IMG/VR virus record: IMGVR_UViG_3300032330_001647
Location: 1-51,413 of that record
Origin: a virus
Lineage: Duplodnaviria; Caudoviricetes
Direction: 5' to 3' (one strand)
DNA: 51,413 nucleotides
Below the pieces are notes generated by a model. That model had not been told where the DNA came from and searched no databases. It saw nothing but the letters and a program-made list of their open reading frames with translations. Below are positions 1-8,565 of this stretch, piece after piece. Each line of letters begins with the position of its first letter. Position 1 is the stretch's first letter. A program made the translations under genes and the position numbers.

Positions 1-2
1 AT

Positions 3-449
3 ATGAGATACAGAATTTGGAGCAAAAACGCACAGTGTTATACACACGAACCCTGTTACCCAGGTTCATCACTACATTGCGCATCAAACTATTATTTAGA
101 TAGTGATGGTAATATTGTTGACTTTGTAACAACTATTGGCGGTAATCAAGACGATGCATCAAAATGTGATGTAGACCAAGAAGCTTATACTATTGAACTA
201 TGTACCGGCTTCAAAGCCACTAATGGTGAATATTTGTATGTAAATGATTTGGTAGAATTCAAATTGGGACTTAAGATGATTAAAGGAAGAGTTGTATTTA
301 ATTGTTTCAGATTTTGGATATATGAAGTATGTGGTGGTTGTATGGGATTTAATCAACACGAATATAAAGTAATTGGTAATTATAATAAGAATCCAGAAAT
401 CATCACTGCTCCCGTCAAAATTGATAATGGTAATGTAGGAGGACATTAA
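3..449 (+). CDS. YopX-family-like phage protein
   Basis: N-terminal YRIW and C-terminal 'ELCTGFKATNGEYLYVNDLV...YKVIGNYNKNPEI' resemble YopX (QxTGLKDKNGxEIYEGDI...EVIGNIxENPEL). Confidence 0.55.
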   Translation: MRYRIWSKNAQCYTHEPCYPGSSLHCASNYYLDSDGNIVDFVTTIGGNQDDASKCDVDQEAYTIELCTGFKATNGEYLYVNDLVEFKLGLKMIKGRVVFNCFRFWIYEVCGGCMGFNQHEYKVIGNYNKNPEIITAPVKIDNGNVGGH

Positions 450-452
450 TTT

Positions 453-644
453 ATGCGATTAGTCAAACGAGGAATACCTCCACAAGAAGAATTATGGAAA
501 GGAACCTGTCGTTCGTGTAAAAGCGAATATGAAGCGATAAAAAAAGATATCGTTGATAAAATTATATTCTCCAAAACTATCAGAGACCACGCTAAAGAAA
601 TATGCGAAGTCTGTGGTGAAGATTTTTTCTTATACCCAAAATAA
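453..644 (+). CDS. small Zn-ribbon hypothetical protein
   Basis: 63 aa, two CxxC motifs (CRSC, CEVC); tightly packed in operon. Confidence 0.6.
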   Translation: MRLVKRGIPPQEELWKGTCRSCKSEYEAIKKDIVDKIIFSKTIRDHAKEICEVCGEDFFLYPK

Positions 645-645
645 T

Positions 646-1086
646 ATGTCAACTTTTTCCGTTAAATCAAATAAAAATAATCACCACATCTTTGTAAATG
701 GTATTGGTACAATCGGACCTATTATCAATGATAATGATACAGCTAACGCTATATGTAATTGGCTAAACTCCAGTAATTTAGCGGTAAATTCATATTCATT
801 CTTTTCTTTCGATGTATCCGATCATAATGATAATATCCACTTCATCTTGGATAATCACAAAAAAGTAGGAAATCCAGTAAAATCCAGAAAAGATGCTGTC
901 GCAATCACAAACTTTTGTAACAACTCTACCAAAGAACTAAAAGACATTCTCAATAAAAAATCTTACACAGCTATGACCGGTGACGAACCTACCACCGAAG
1001 AAATTAACAATTATATGAAAACTAATGCCGTAGGCTACTATATCGCACTAGAACAATTGCGTCAGAAAAAATACAAAAAATTGTAA
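646..1086 (+). CDS. hypothetical protein with internal duplication
   Basis: ATG at 646 directly after upstream stop; ORF-track start at 553 overlaps the previous gene. Confidence 0.6.
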   Translation: MSTFSVKSNKNNHHIFVNGIGTIGPIINDNDTANAICNWLNSSNLAVNSYSFFSFDVSDHNDNIHFILDNHKKVGNPVKSRKDAVAITNFCNNSTKELKDILNKKSYTAMTGDEPTTEEINNYMKTNAVGYYIALEQLRQKKYKKL

Positions 1087-1088
1087 AT

Positions 1089-1535
1089 ATGTATAATAAA
1101 TACAGAGCTTGGGACGAAAAATACAATTGTTGGGATGAATTGCCAATTACTTGTTATCCATATGAAAACTTTAAAAAACAAGGTAGAACTATCCAATGGT
1201 CAACCGGCTTAAAGGATAAAAATAATAAAGAAATCTACCAAGGCGATATCGTCAATACCATTTATCCAAATGATCCACACCAACACATCGGTGAAGTAAT
1301 TTACCATACAGAAACTTGTGGATTCAGAATCAAAACTTATAATACGCTATTGCCTATTGTTACACTCAGATATGTAGATGATAAACCCCAAGGACTATTA
1401 CAAGTAGCAGATGAAGTGGTTGGAAATATTTTTGAACTACCGTGCCATAAACCCAATGCATTTGACCATAATTTTGAATGTCTGACATGCGATGCATGGG
1501 CAACAGATTGTCAATTCCTCAAGAAAAAATCGTGA
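1089..1535 (+). CDS. YopX family protein
   Basis: KYRAWD...QWSTGLKDKNNKEIYQGDIV...EVVGNIFE. Confidence 0.8.
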   Translation: MYNKYRAWDEKYNCWDELPITCYPYENFKKQGRTIQWSTGLKDKNNKEIYQGDIVNTIYPNDPHQHIGEVIYHTETCGFRIKTYNTLLPIVTLRYVDDKPQGLLQVADEVVGNIFELPCHKPNAFDHNFECLTCDAWATDCQFLKKKS

Positions 1536-1543
1536 AAAAACCA

Positions 1544-1571
1544 TTGACGTTTTCAAAATCAAAGGTATAGT
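1544..1571 (+). promoter_or_regulatory. sigma70-type promoter for NMNAT-Nudix
   Basis: TTGACG-16 bp-TATAGT. Confidence 0.6.
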
Positions 1572-1651
1572 TATAAATGTAGCAAGGACAAGATTCAATA
1601 AGTCCAAACTACAATAAACATAAAAAAACATAGAAAGGTATAGATAAAACT

Positions 1652-2608
1652 ATGAAAGAAAAAGGTACAAAGCCTAGCGATGTAGCGGTAGTAGTTGGGC
1701 GTTTTCAGGTTAATGAGTTACACGATGCTCATATCGACTTAATCACTTCAGTCCTAAATAAACATGATCGTGTATTGCTGTTTCTAGGCAATAGCATCAT
1801 TCGTAATACTCTCAACAATCCTCTTGATTTTCGTGCAAGGCGAGCAATGATTGCAGAGAAGTTTCCCACTGTAGAGATTCATTATATCAATGATAATCCC
1901 TCGGATATTGCTTGGTCCAAGAATCTGGATAAGCTTATTGCTGAACAGTTGCTTCCAATGCAGACCGTTACACTATATGGTTCCCGTGATAGTTTTCTAA
2001 AGTGTTACAATGGTAAGTTCAATACGTGTGAACTTGAAGCTACTACTTTTATTAGTGGTACTGAGGTTCGTCGTCGTGTATGTAACAATTATCCTCCCAC
2101 CGCGGATTATCGTGCTGGTATGATTGCTGCCACTGCATATCGTTTTCCAACCGCATTTCAGACCGTTGATATTGCTGTGGTAAATGACAAGGGTGAACTG
2201 CTTCTGGCACGTAAGCCAGAGGAAAAGAAGTGGCGATTCATCGGAGGATTCAGCGATCCTACTTCTACTTCACTTGAAGAAGATGCCAAACGTGAAGTGC
2301 AGGAAGAAGCTGGTGTAGAAGTTGGTAATATCACTTATCTTGGTTCTACACTTATCAATGACTGGCGTTACCGTGGAGAAATTGATAAGATCAAGACCGC
2401 ATTGTTTGTTGCCAAGTATGTGTTTGGTAAACCAGAAGGTGCAGATGACGTTGCCGAAGTGATGTGGGTTTCTATCAATAATCTGAATAAAACTGATATT
2501 GTTGAAACGCACCACGCTCTGATTGATATGTTTAATGAAAAGTTTGTTAACAATATCAAGCTGAAAGATACATTTATTCAGCCTGAGATTGATGGAAAAA
2601 TGCCTTGA
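1652..2608 (+). CDS. nadM: bifunctional NMN adenylyltransferase / Nudix (ADP-ribose) hydrolase
   Basis: GRFQ..HxxH nucleotidyltransferase motif, NPL, ISGTEVR; C-terminal Nudix box GG...AKREVQEEAG; GADD. Confidence 0.9.
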   Translation: MKEKGTKPSDVAVVVGRFQVNELHDAHIDLITSVLNKHDRVLLFLGNSIIRNTLNNPLDFRARRAMIAEKFPTVEIHYINDNPSDIAWSKNLDKLIAEQLLPMQTVTLYGSRDSFLKCYNGKFNTCELEATTFISGTEVRRRVCNNYPPTADYRAGMIAATAYRFPTAFQTVDIAVVNDKGELLLARKPEEKKWRFIGGFSDPTSTSLEEDAKREVQEEAGVEVGNITYLGSTLINDWRYRGEIDKIKTALFVAKYVFGKPEGADDVAEVMWVSINNLNKTDIVETHHALIDMFNEKFVNNIKLKDTFIQPEIDGKMP

Positions 2609-2633
2609 CTTTGAGTGAAGTCTGGGTTATTAT
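2605..2633 (+). promoter_or_regulatory. sigma70-type promoter for NAMPT
   Basis: TTGACT-17 bp-TATTAT. Confidence 0.6.
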
Positions 2634-2684
2634 AAAAGAGTAAAGATTAAGGTACAGATAAAAATCAATACAGAAAGAAAAATT

Positions 2685-4079
2685 ATGAATAAAAACATTT
2701 GTTTGACTGCTGATAGTTATAAAATGGGACACTGGAATCAGTATCCCGCTGGCACTGAAAAGGTTTATAGCTACTTTGAATGCCGTAAGGGTGCTAAGTT
2801 TGCTGAAACTCCATTCTTTGGACTTCAGTTTATTATTAAGAATCATCTTGAGGGTGTAGTTGTGACCCGTGAAAAGATTGAAAATGCAGCCAAGTTGTGT
2901 AAGGCTCATTTTGGTAGTGAGAAGTATTTCAACCGTGAAGGTTGGGAATATATTCTCAATTCTCATGGCGGCAAGCTGCCTGTTGTTATCAAGGCAGTTG
3001 AAGAAGGAACCGTTGTTCCTATCAATAATGTCTTGATGACCATTGAGAATACTGACAATAAGTGTTTCTGGCTCACTAACTTCTTGGAGACTATTTTGTC
3101 TCAGGTTTGGTATAGTACTACAGTCGCAGCTTTGTCCCGTGAAGTTAAGGTTACTTTGAATGAGTATTTTACTCTTACCTCTGATGGTGGATTGCTTAAC
3201 TTTGGATTGCATGATTTTGGATTTAGGGGTGCCAGCTCTTGGGAATCGGCGGGTATCGGGGGGGCTGCTCATTTGATTAACTTCTTGGGGACCGATACGG
3301 TAGTGGCTATGGAAGTAGCCGTGAACTATTATAATGCTAATCTTGATAATCTGGCATTCAGTGTTGCTGCTACTGAGCACTCTGTTATGACTGCTCTTGG
3401 TAAGAATGGTGAAGAACAGGTTGTTGAGAATCTTCTGAACGAGTATCCTACGGGTATTTTGTCTGTTGTTTCTGACAGCTATGACATTTATAACTTCGTG
3501 AGCAACATTGTTGGCACTAAGTTCAAGGATCGTATTCTTGACCGTGACGGTGTGTTTGTGGTTCGTCCTGATTCTATTACTCCTACCCATCCTACTCCAG
3601 AGGAGGAAATGGTTTGGATCATGGAGAATTTGTGGGCTAATATCGGCGGAACCATCAACAGCAAGGGTTACAAGGTTATCAACCCCAAGGTTCGTGTATT
3701 GTGGGGTGACGGTATTGATATTGAAGGCATCAAGAAGATTCTGTATGCTGTCACTAAGGCTGGATATGCAACTGAGAACATTGCTTGTTTTGGTATGGGT
3801 GGCGGATTGTTGCAGAAGGTAAATCGTGATACTCAGCGTTGTGCTTTCAAGTGTAGTGCTCAGTATCGTGATGGTCAGTGGTATGACATTCAGAAGAATC
3901 CCAAGGATGTTTCCAAGGCATCCAAGAAAGGCAAGCTCAAGTTGATCAAGGTTGATGGTGAATTTGAGACTGTTGGTGAGAATGATCCTGGTGAGGATTA
4001 TTTGAAGGTGGTGTTCACTAACGGTGTGTTGGTCAAGGAAATTGATTTTGATACCGTTCGTAAGAATGCTGCTCTGTAA
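2685..4079 (+). CDS. nadV: nicotinamide phosphoribosyltransferase (NAMPT)
   Basis: DSYK.GHW.QYP, LHDFGFRG, AATEHSVMT, SVVSDSYD, VRPDS, GDGI, FGMGGGLLQKVNRDT. Confidence 0.95.
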   Translation: MNKNICLTADSYKMGHWNQYPAGTEKVYSYFECRKGAKFAETPFFGLQFIIKNHLEGVVVTREKIENAAKLCKAHFGSEKYFNREGWEYILNSHGGKLPVVIKAVEEGTVVPINNVLMTIENTDNKCFWLTNFLETILSQVWYSTTVAALSREVKVTLNEYFTLTSDGGLLNFGLHDFGFRGASSWESAGIGGAAHLINFLGTDTVVAMEVAVNYYNANLDNLAFSVAATEHSVMTALGKNGEEQVVENLLNEYPTGILSVVSDSYDIYNFVSNIVGTKFKDRILDRDGVFVVRPDSITPTHPTPEEEMVWIMENLWANIGGTINSKGYKVINPKVRVLWGDGIDIEGIKKILYAVTKAGYATENIACFGMGGGLLQKVNRDTQRCAFKCSAQYRDGQWYDIQKNPKDVSKASKKGKLKLIKVDGEFETVGENDPGEDYLKVVFTNGVLVKEIDFDTVRKNAAL

Positions 4080-4156
4080 TTGACAAATCAAAGGTTTGCG
4101 GTTATCCTAACTAAAATCGCTCTTGATTTTTTGTAAAATTGCAGGAATATAAAATT

Positions 4157-4492
4157 ATGGCTAAATATCTTGGCAAAACTCCCGTAGATGTAATCACTCA
4201 TCCCGAATATAGTAAATATACCAATGCTGATTGGGCTTTGTATTTCATCCAAATGTATGGTGGCATTGATGGTGATTATCACAAGGATTGGGTGTTGGAT
4301 CAAGTTGCACGTTGTCTAAAAAACACACCGGTTGAAGTATTTGAAGCCAAATGGGATGATGGACAAAGTGAGTATCGTATTTCTACCGGTAATCCAAGTG
4401 AAGAATACAAAAAGTGGGTCGAAAGTATGCTTGGTGAAAAAAATGAGCTTGGCGAGTATGAATATGATTATGATGAAGGAATTGCGCCTTGA
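4157..4492 (+). CDS. conserved phage hypothetical protein
   Basis: ATG 4157; YGGIDGDYHKDWVLDQVAR...YDEGIAP. Confidence 0.65.
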   Translation: MAKYLGKTPVDVITHPEYSKYTNADWALYFIQMYGGIDGDYHKDWVLDQVARCLKNTPVEVFEAKWDDGQSEYRISTGNPSEEYKKWVESMLGEKNELGEYEYDYDEGIAP

Positions 4493-4516
4493 CTTTCTGT
4501 AAAACCGCTTCTTTTT

Positions 4517-4906
4517 ATGACTGATAAAGTTAAACAAATGTTGGTACTTCGTAAGGACTTGAACCTAAGCAAAGGCCGATTAGTAACTCAAGGTGCTCAC
4601 GCAAGCATTGCATTTCTAACCAATAAGATGAAAGATAATTTGTCAAACCCAGAAGCTTTATGGTGGGTAAACCTAAGTCAAGCTGAAAAAGAATGGGTAT
4701 ATGGCACTTTCTTCAAGATTTGTGTGGGTGTAGATAGTGAAAAGGAACTGCTTGACATTGGATATAATGCTGTTATGCTAGGTCTATCAGTCAAATATAT
4801 TGAAGAAACCACTGGATTTGACAAACCTACCGTTACTTGTCTAGCAATCGGACCAGATTATAGTTCCAAAATTGATCCCGTCACTAAACATCTAAAACTT
4901 CTATGA
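4517..4906 (+). CDS. peptidyl-tRNA hydrolase Pth2-like
   Basis: KQMLVLRKDL..SKGRLVTQGAHAS, KICVGVDSEKELL, TVTCLAIGP, IDPVTKHLKLL. Confidence 0.85.
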   Translation: MTDKVKQMLVLRKDLNLSKGRLVTQGAHASIAFLTNKMKDNLSNPEALWWVNLSQAEKEWVYGTFFKICVGVDSEKELLDIGYNAVMLGLSVKYIEETTGFDKPTVTCLAIGPDYSSKIDPVTKHLKLL

Positions 4907-5136
4907 GTATAATTTATCAACAGATTAACCAACGCCAGTATATTGTACGAGCCAATATAGATTTTCCTCAAAGAGAGGTTGGTAGTTTAGTTATGGATGT
5001 GGATGGTCATTTCTATTTCTGGCCAGTAGATAACAATGGTGCTTGGGCATCATATCATCTAAGAGAATTAGCAGATAAAATGGATGAAATCAATAAATCG
5101 TGGGATGAACAAGTTGAAAAGGATTTGAACAAATGA
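4903..5136 (+). CDS. hypothetical protein
   Basis: 77 aa with ATGA overlaps at both ends. Confidence 0.6.
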   Translation: MSIIYQQINQRQYIVRANIDFPQREVGSLVMDVDGHFYFWPVDNNGAWASYHLRELADKMDEINKSWDEQVEKDLNK

Positions 5137-5666
5137 AATATATTGAAGCTCCTAATAAACATAAAGGCAAGTCAGGTGTACCCACACTATTTCTGGGCGG
5201 AGGCATTAGTAATTGCAAAGACTGGCAAGCCAAGTTGGTTGAAAAGTTGACGGATTATAATGTAACTATTTATAATCCCCGTCGTAACAACTTTGATATC
5301 AATAATCCAAAGGTAAGTGAAGAACAAATCAAGTGGGAACATAAGTATCTACACGATTCAAACATTATAGTGTTTTACTTTGCACAAGAAACACTATGTC
5401 CAATTACATTGTTTGAATTGGGTGCAGCATTGGAACGCAACATTTATGTTACTATCAAACAAGATATTATAGTATATTGTGAACCAGAGTATTCTCGTAA
5501 GTTTGATGTGGAATTGCAGATTAAACTAGCAATGAATAATGCTAAAGCTCTTAGACTAAATGCTTGTGATATTACTGATGATTATTTTGTATCATTTCAT
5601 GACAATTATGATGATTTTGTAGATGAATTGAAAGCAATTGTTGATATTGCTCAAGTTTATGTATAA
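5133..5666 (+). CDS. nucleoside 2-deoxyribosyltransferase-like protein
   Basis: LFLGGGISNCKDWQ, YNPRR, EEQIKWE, TLCPITLFELG. Confidence 0.8.
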   Translation: MKYIEAPNKHKGKSGVPTLFLGGGISNCKDWQAKLVEKLTDYNVTIYNPRRNNFDINNPKVSEEQIKWEHKYLHDSNIIVFYFAQETLCPITLFELGAALERNIYVTIKQDIIVYCEPEYSRKFDVELQIKLAMNNAKALRLNACDITDDYFVSFHDNYDDFVDELKAIVDIAQVYV

Positions 5667-5678
5667 GTGACGTTACAA

Positions 5679-5696
5679 TCGTAACGAGTCTGTCAC
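5679..5696 (+). promoter_or_regulatory. possible Pho-box-like direct repeat
   Basis: TCGTAAC-GAGT-CTGTCAC, half-sites 11 bp apart, upstream of the PlcP-like gene; could alternatively be part of a hairpin. Confidence 0.35.
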
Positions 5697-5719
5697 ACTT
5701 ATATCAATATTTATAATTA

Positions 5720-6424
5720 ATGAAAGTAAGAACCCTATTTATTTCAGATTGTCACTTGGGAAGTGATTATTGCAACCACGAAAAATTACTGAAATTGTTA
5801 AGTGAAGTAGAGTGTGAATATTTGTATATTGTGGGTGATTTTATAGATGGTTGGTTATTGAGCAGAAAATTCAAGTGGCATAGCAATTATAATACAATTC
5901 TACAAAAGATATTGCGTATGAGCAGAAAAGGTACGCAAGTATATTATGTTTGGGGTAACCACGATGATTTTCTGGAATCATTTACTGATATGTACTTTGG
6001 TGACAATGTACAAGTTGTAAGAGAAACAAGTCATACCACATTAAATAATGAAAAGATATTGATTATCCATGGAGATCAATTTGATGGATTAGTAACCAAG
6101 AATAAGTGGATACAACATATTGGTTCTGTGATATATGATTATAGTTTGGCGGTAAACAAGTTATTTAGAGTATTTAAGTTTAGTTTCAGTAATTTCTTGA
6201 AACAAAAAGCAAAAGAAGCGGTTAAGTATATAGGCAATTATGAAGCTACTGTTGTACATTATTGTAAAAACAGTAATTATGATAGTATTCTTTGTGGACA
6301 TATACATAAACCAGAATGTACTGTTATTGATGGTATAAACTATTATAATTGTGGAGATTTTATAGAAAATAACTCATGCATAATTGAAACATTGGATGGA
6401 GAAATTAAATTAATCAAATTATGA
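5720..6424 (+). CDS. PlcP/LpxH2-like metallophosphoesterase (putative phospholipase C)
   Basis: RTLFISDCHLG, VGDFIDGW, QKILRMSRKG, GNHD, HGDQFD, CGHIHKP, YYNCGDFIE. Confidence 0.8.
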   Translation: MKVRTLFISDCHLGSDYCNHEKLLKLLSEVECEYLYIVGDFIDGWLLSRKFKWHSNYNTILQKILRMSRKGTQVYYVWGNHDDFLESFTDMYFGDNVQVVRETSHTTLNNEKILIIHGDQFDGLVTKNKWIQHIGSVIYDYSLAVNKLFRVFKFSFSNFLKQKAKEAVKYIGNYEATVVHYCKNSNYDSILCGHIHKPECTVIDGINYYNCGDFIENNSCIIETLDGEIKLIKL

Positions 6425-7446
6425 AGATATTATTTGGCGTTCAAAGCGAAGGAAACGGGCATATCACGCAATGTATAGCAACCAAACAATATCTACAATC
6501 ACAAGGTATTGATGTAAAAACTGCTTTTGCGGCTAAAAAGAAACGGGGTTTAGCTAAGTATTTTACAGATGAATTTAATGTAGTAACATATGACGGATTT
6601 GATTTTGTATTTGACAATGTAGGTAGAGTTGTTATATGGAAAACTATATTAAAGAATACATTTGAATTACCCCGTTTAATTACATCATTCGTTAAAATCT
6701 GTAATGTCATCCGAAAAGAAAAGCCTGATGCTATATTTAACTATTATGAACCGTTGGTAGGTCTAACCTCGTTATTCTTCAGAAACATAAAGTATGTAAG
6801 CTTTGGGCATCAATACGCAATGGATTGTGCTATATATCCAAAAATCAATGGATATCCTGTACAAAAGTTATTTCTAAGTATTATAAATAAAATCACTAGT
6901 ATACGAGCCAAAATCGTAGCATTAAGTTATTATGAGTTTAATGATGATGTTATGATTGCTAGTCCTCCAATATTAAGAAGTGAAAGTTATAGTGTATCAG
7001 ACAAACAAGAAGACTTTGTGTTGGTATATCTAATGAATGAAGATATGTTACCCCAATTGATTAGTGAAGCTAAAAAACATCCAGATATCAATATTCATTG
7101 TTTTACCAAATTAACCAAACAATATGATGAACTACCAAATCTAAAGTTATTTAATCTTGATGGTAAATTGTTTCAAGAAAAGATGAAAGTATGTAATGCA
7201 GTAGTGTGTAGTGGTGGATTTGAAACAAGTGCTGAAGCTATATATCAAAACAAACCATTGTTGATGATACCTATGCCAAATCACTATGAACAACACGCAA
7301 ATTGTGAAGATGCTTATTTAAGTTCGTATGCAATTTATAGTGAATCAATTGACTTGAGTAAGATACCAAAATATCAGTTGGGTAATAAAAAATGGTTTGA
7401 TACATATCAATATGTTTTGCAACGAGTTCTTTATTACATTCGATAA
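6421..7446 (+). CDS. GT-B glycosyltransferase (MJ1255/VC2487-like)
   Basis: MKILFGVQSEGNGH, SGGFETSAEA, PMPNHYEQHAN; ATGA-coupled to the upstream phosphoesterase. Confidence 0.8.
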   Translation: MKILFGVQSEGNGHITQCIATKQYLQSQGIDVKTAFAAKKKRGLAKYFTDEFNVVTYDGFDFVFDNVGRVVIWKTILKNTFELPRLITSFVKICNVIRKEKPDAIFNYYEPLVGLTSLFFRNIKYVSFGHQYAMDCAIYPKINGYPVQKLFLSIINKITSIRAKIVALSYYEFNDDVMIASPPILRSESYSVSDKQEDFVLVYLMNEDMLPQLISEAKKHPDINIHCFTKLTKQYDELPNLKLFNLDGKLFQEKMKVCNAVVCSGGFETSAEAIYQNKPLLMIPMPNHYEQHANCEDAYLSSYAIYSESIDLSKIPKYQLGNKKWFDTYQYVLQRVLYYIR

Positions 7447-7497
7447 TCAAAAATAAAATATTGATTTAGTATCTGTCTATTGATATGTTATTAGTAT

Positions 7498-7866
7498 ATG
7501 GAAAAACTAAATCGTAAAGGGTTTTTCTCCACCCTATTTGGAGGAATCGCAGGTGTTGTTGCTGGTTCAAGTGTTAAAGCATCTGAACCTATTGTACCAC
7601 CACCAGTTGTAGAAAAAGTTGTAACTTGTGATAAACTTGTATTTACACATAGTAGTGGTGCTAGTTGTGTAATGTCATTTATTGATAGTGATAACTTTGC
7701 AATCAAAGTAAATAACAGTGAGAATATTTCAATCAAAATTCATTCCCCACTCAAAAAACCAGAACCAGTTACATCAAATCCAAGTAACTTAACCATTTGT
7801 TCTAATGGTAATATTGGATTAGGAACAGCTTATCCCACATCAAAACTTGATATTCCTGGCTGGTAA
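7498..7866 (+). CDS. exported protein with Tat-like signal peptide
   Basis: LNRKGFF + hydrophobic stretch + VKA cleavage-like site; ends NGNIGLGTAYPTSKLDI; promoter TTGATT-17-TATGTT at 7461-7489. Confidence 0.6.
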   Translation: MEKLNRKGFFSTLFGGIAGVVAGSSVKASEPIVPPPVVEKVVTCDKLVFTHSSGASCVMSFIDSDNFAIKVNNSENISIKIHSPLKKPEPVTSNPSNLTICSNGNIGLGTAYPTSKLDIPGW

Positions 7867-8113
7867 AAATCATTGTTGTTATATAGTAGAATGTAGGGGT
7901 GGAGAACTTTATTGTGGGTATTCTAATAATGTTGAAAAACGAGTAGATACCCACAATAAATCTTTAGGGGCGAAGTATACAAAGACACGATTGCCTGTTA
8001 GATTAGTGTATACTGAATGTTTTGATACTAAAAGTGAAGCAATGAAACGAGAATATCAAATCAAACAATTAACCCGTCAACAAAAACTAAAACTAATAAG
8101 TGAAAAGAAGTAA
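7847..8113 (+). CDS. small GIY-YIG nuclease (UPF0213-like)
   Basis: YIVEC...LYCGYSNNVEKRV..HN...GAKYTK.RLPV.LVY.E...KSEAMKREYQIK; start uncertain. Confidence 0.85.
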   Translation: MIFLAGKNHCCYIVECRGGELYCGYSNNVEKRVDTHNKSLGAKYTKTRLPVRLVYTECFDTKSEAMKREYQIKQLTRQQKLKLISEKK

Positions 8114-8561
8114 AGCATTTACACTAATTGAACTGGTATTGGCGATAACCATATTGCTTGGTATCATTGGTGTGATTGTTATTAACTATGATAGTTTGGT
8201 GGGTAACACTAGATACTACGAAGCTAGAGAGAATTTAAAGACTTATTTAATTAATTTAAAGTATCAATCAGCATTTAGACAAAAAGAGTTTGAACTTACA
8301 TTTGATCCAGATTATAATATGTATAGTTCATTTGAAGATGTTTATTTATTGGATGTGGTAACAAATGATTTGAAGATACTAGAAACAAGTGCTACAAAGA
8401 TAGTATTTTTTCTTGACGGAAGCGTACAAGAGAGTTATATTGTTACAAGTAATTTGGAGGGAACTATTACCAACAAATTTATTATCAATGTTATTGGTGG
8501 TGTAAACTACGAAGGTAATACTAATATAGTTATAGAAAAGAAAGAATCTGATACAGAATAA
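8100..8561 (+). CDS. prepilin-type N-terminal cleavage/methylation domain protein
   Basis: KRSKA|FTLIELVLAITILLGIIGVIV class III signal peptide (GTG start). Confidence 0.8.
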   Translation: MKRSKAFTLIELVLAITILLGIIGVIVINYDSLVGNTRYYEARENLKTYLINLKYQSAFRQKEFELTFDPDYNMYSSFEDVYLLDVVTNDLKILETSATKIVFFLDGSVQESYIVTSNLEGTITNKFIINVIGGVNYEGNTNIVIEKKESDTE

Positions 8562-8565
8562 AGTT

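Noticed and set aside
2574-4091. 505-aa antisense ORF
   Set aside because: Mirror frame of NAMPT arising from its codon bias; no recognisable motifs or own expression signals.
5720-6424. Lipid A enzyme LpxH
   Set aside because: Has GNHD rather than the LpxH GNRD, and a glycosyltransferase partner; fits PlcP/LpxH2 better.
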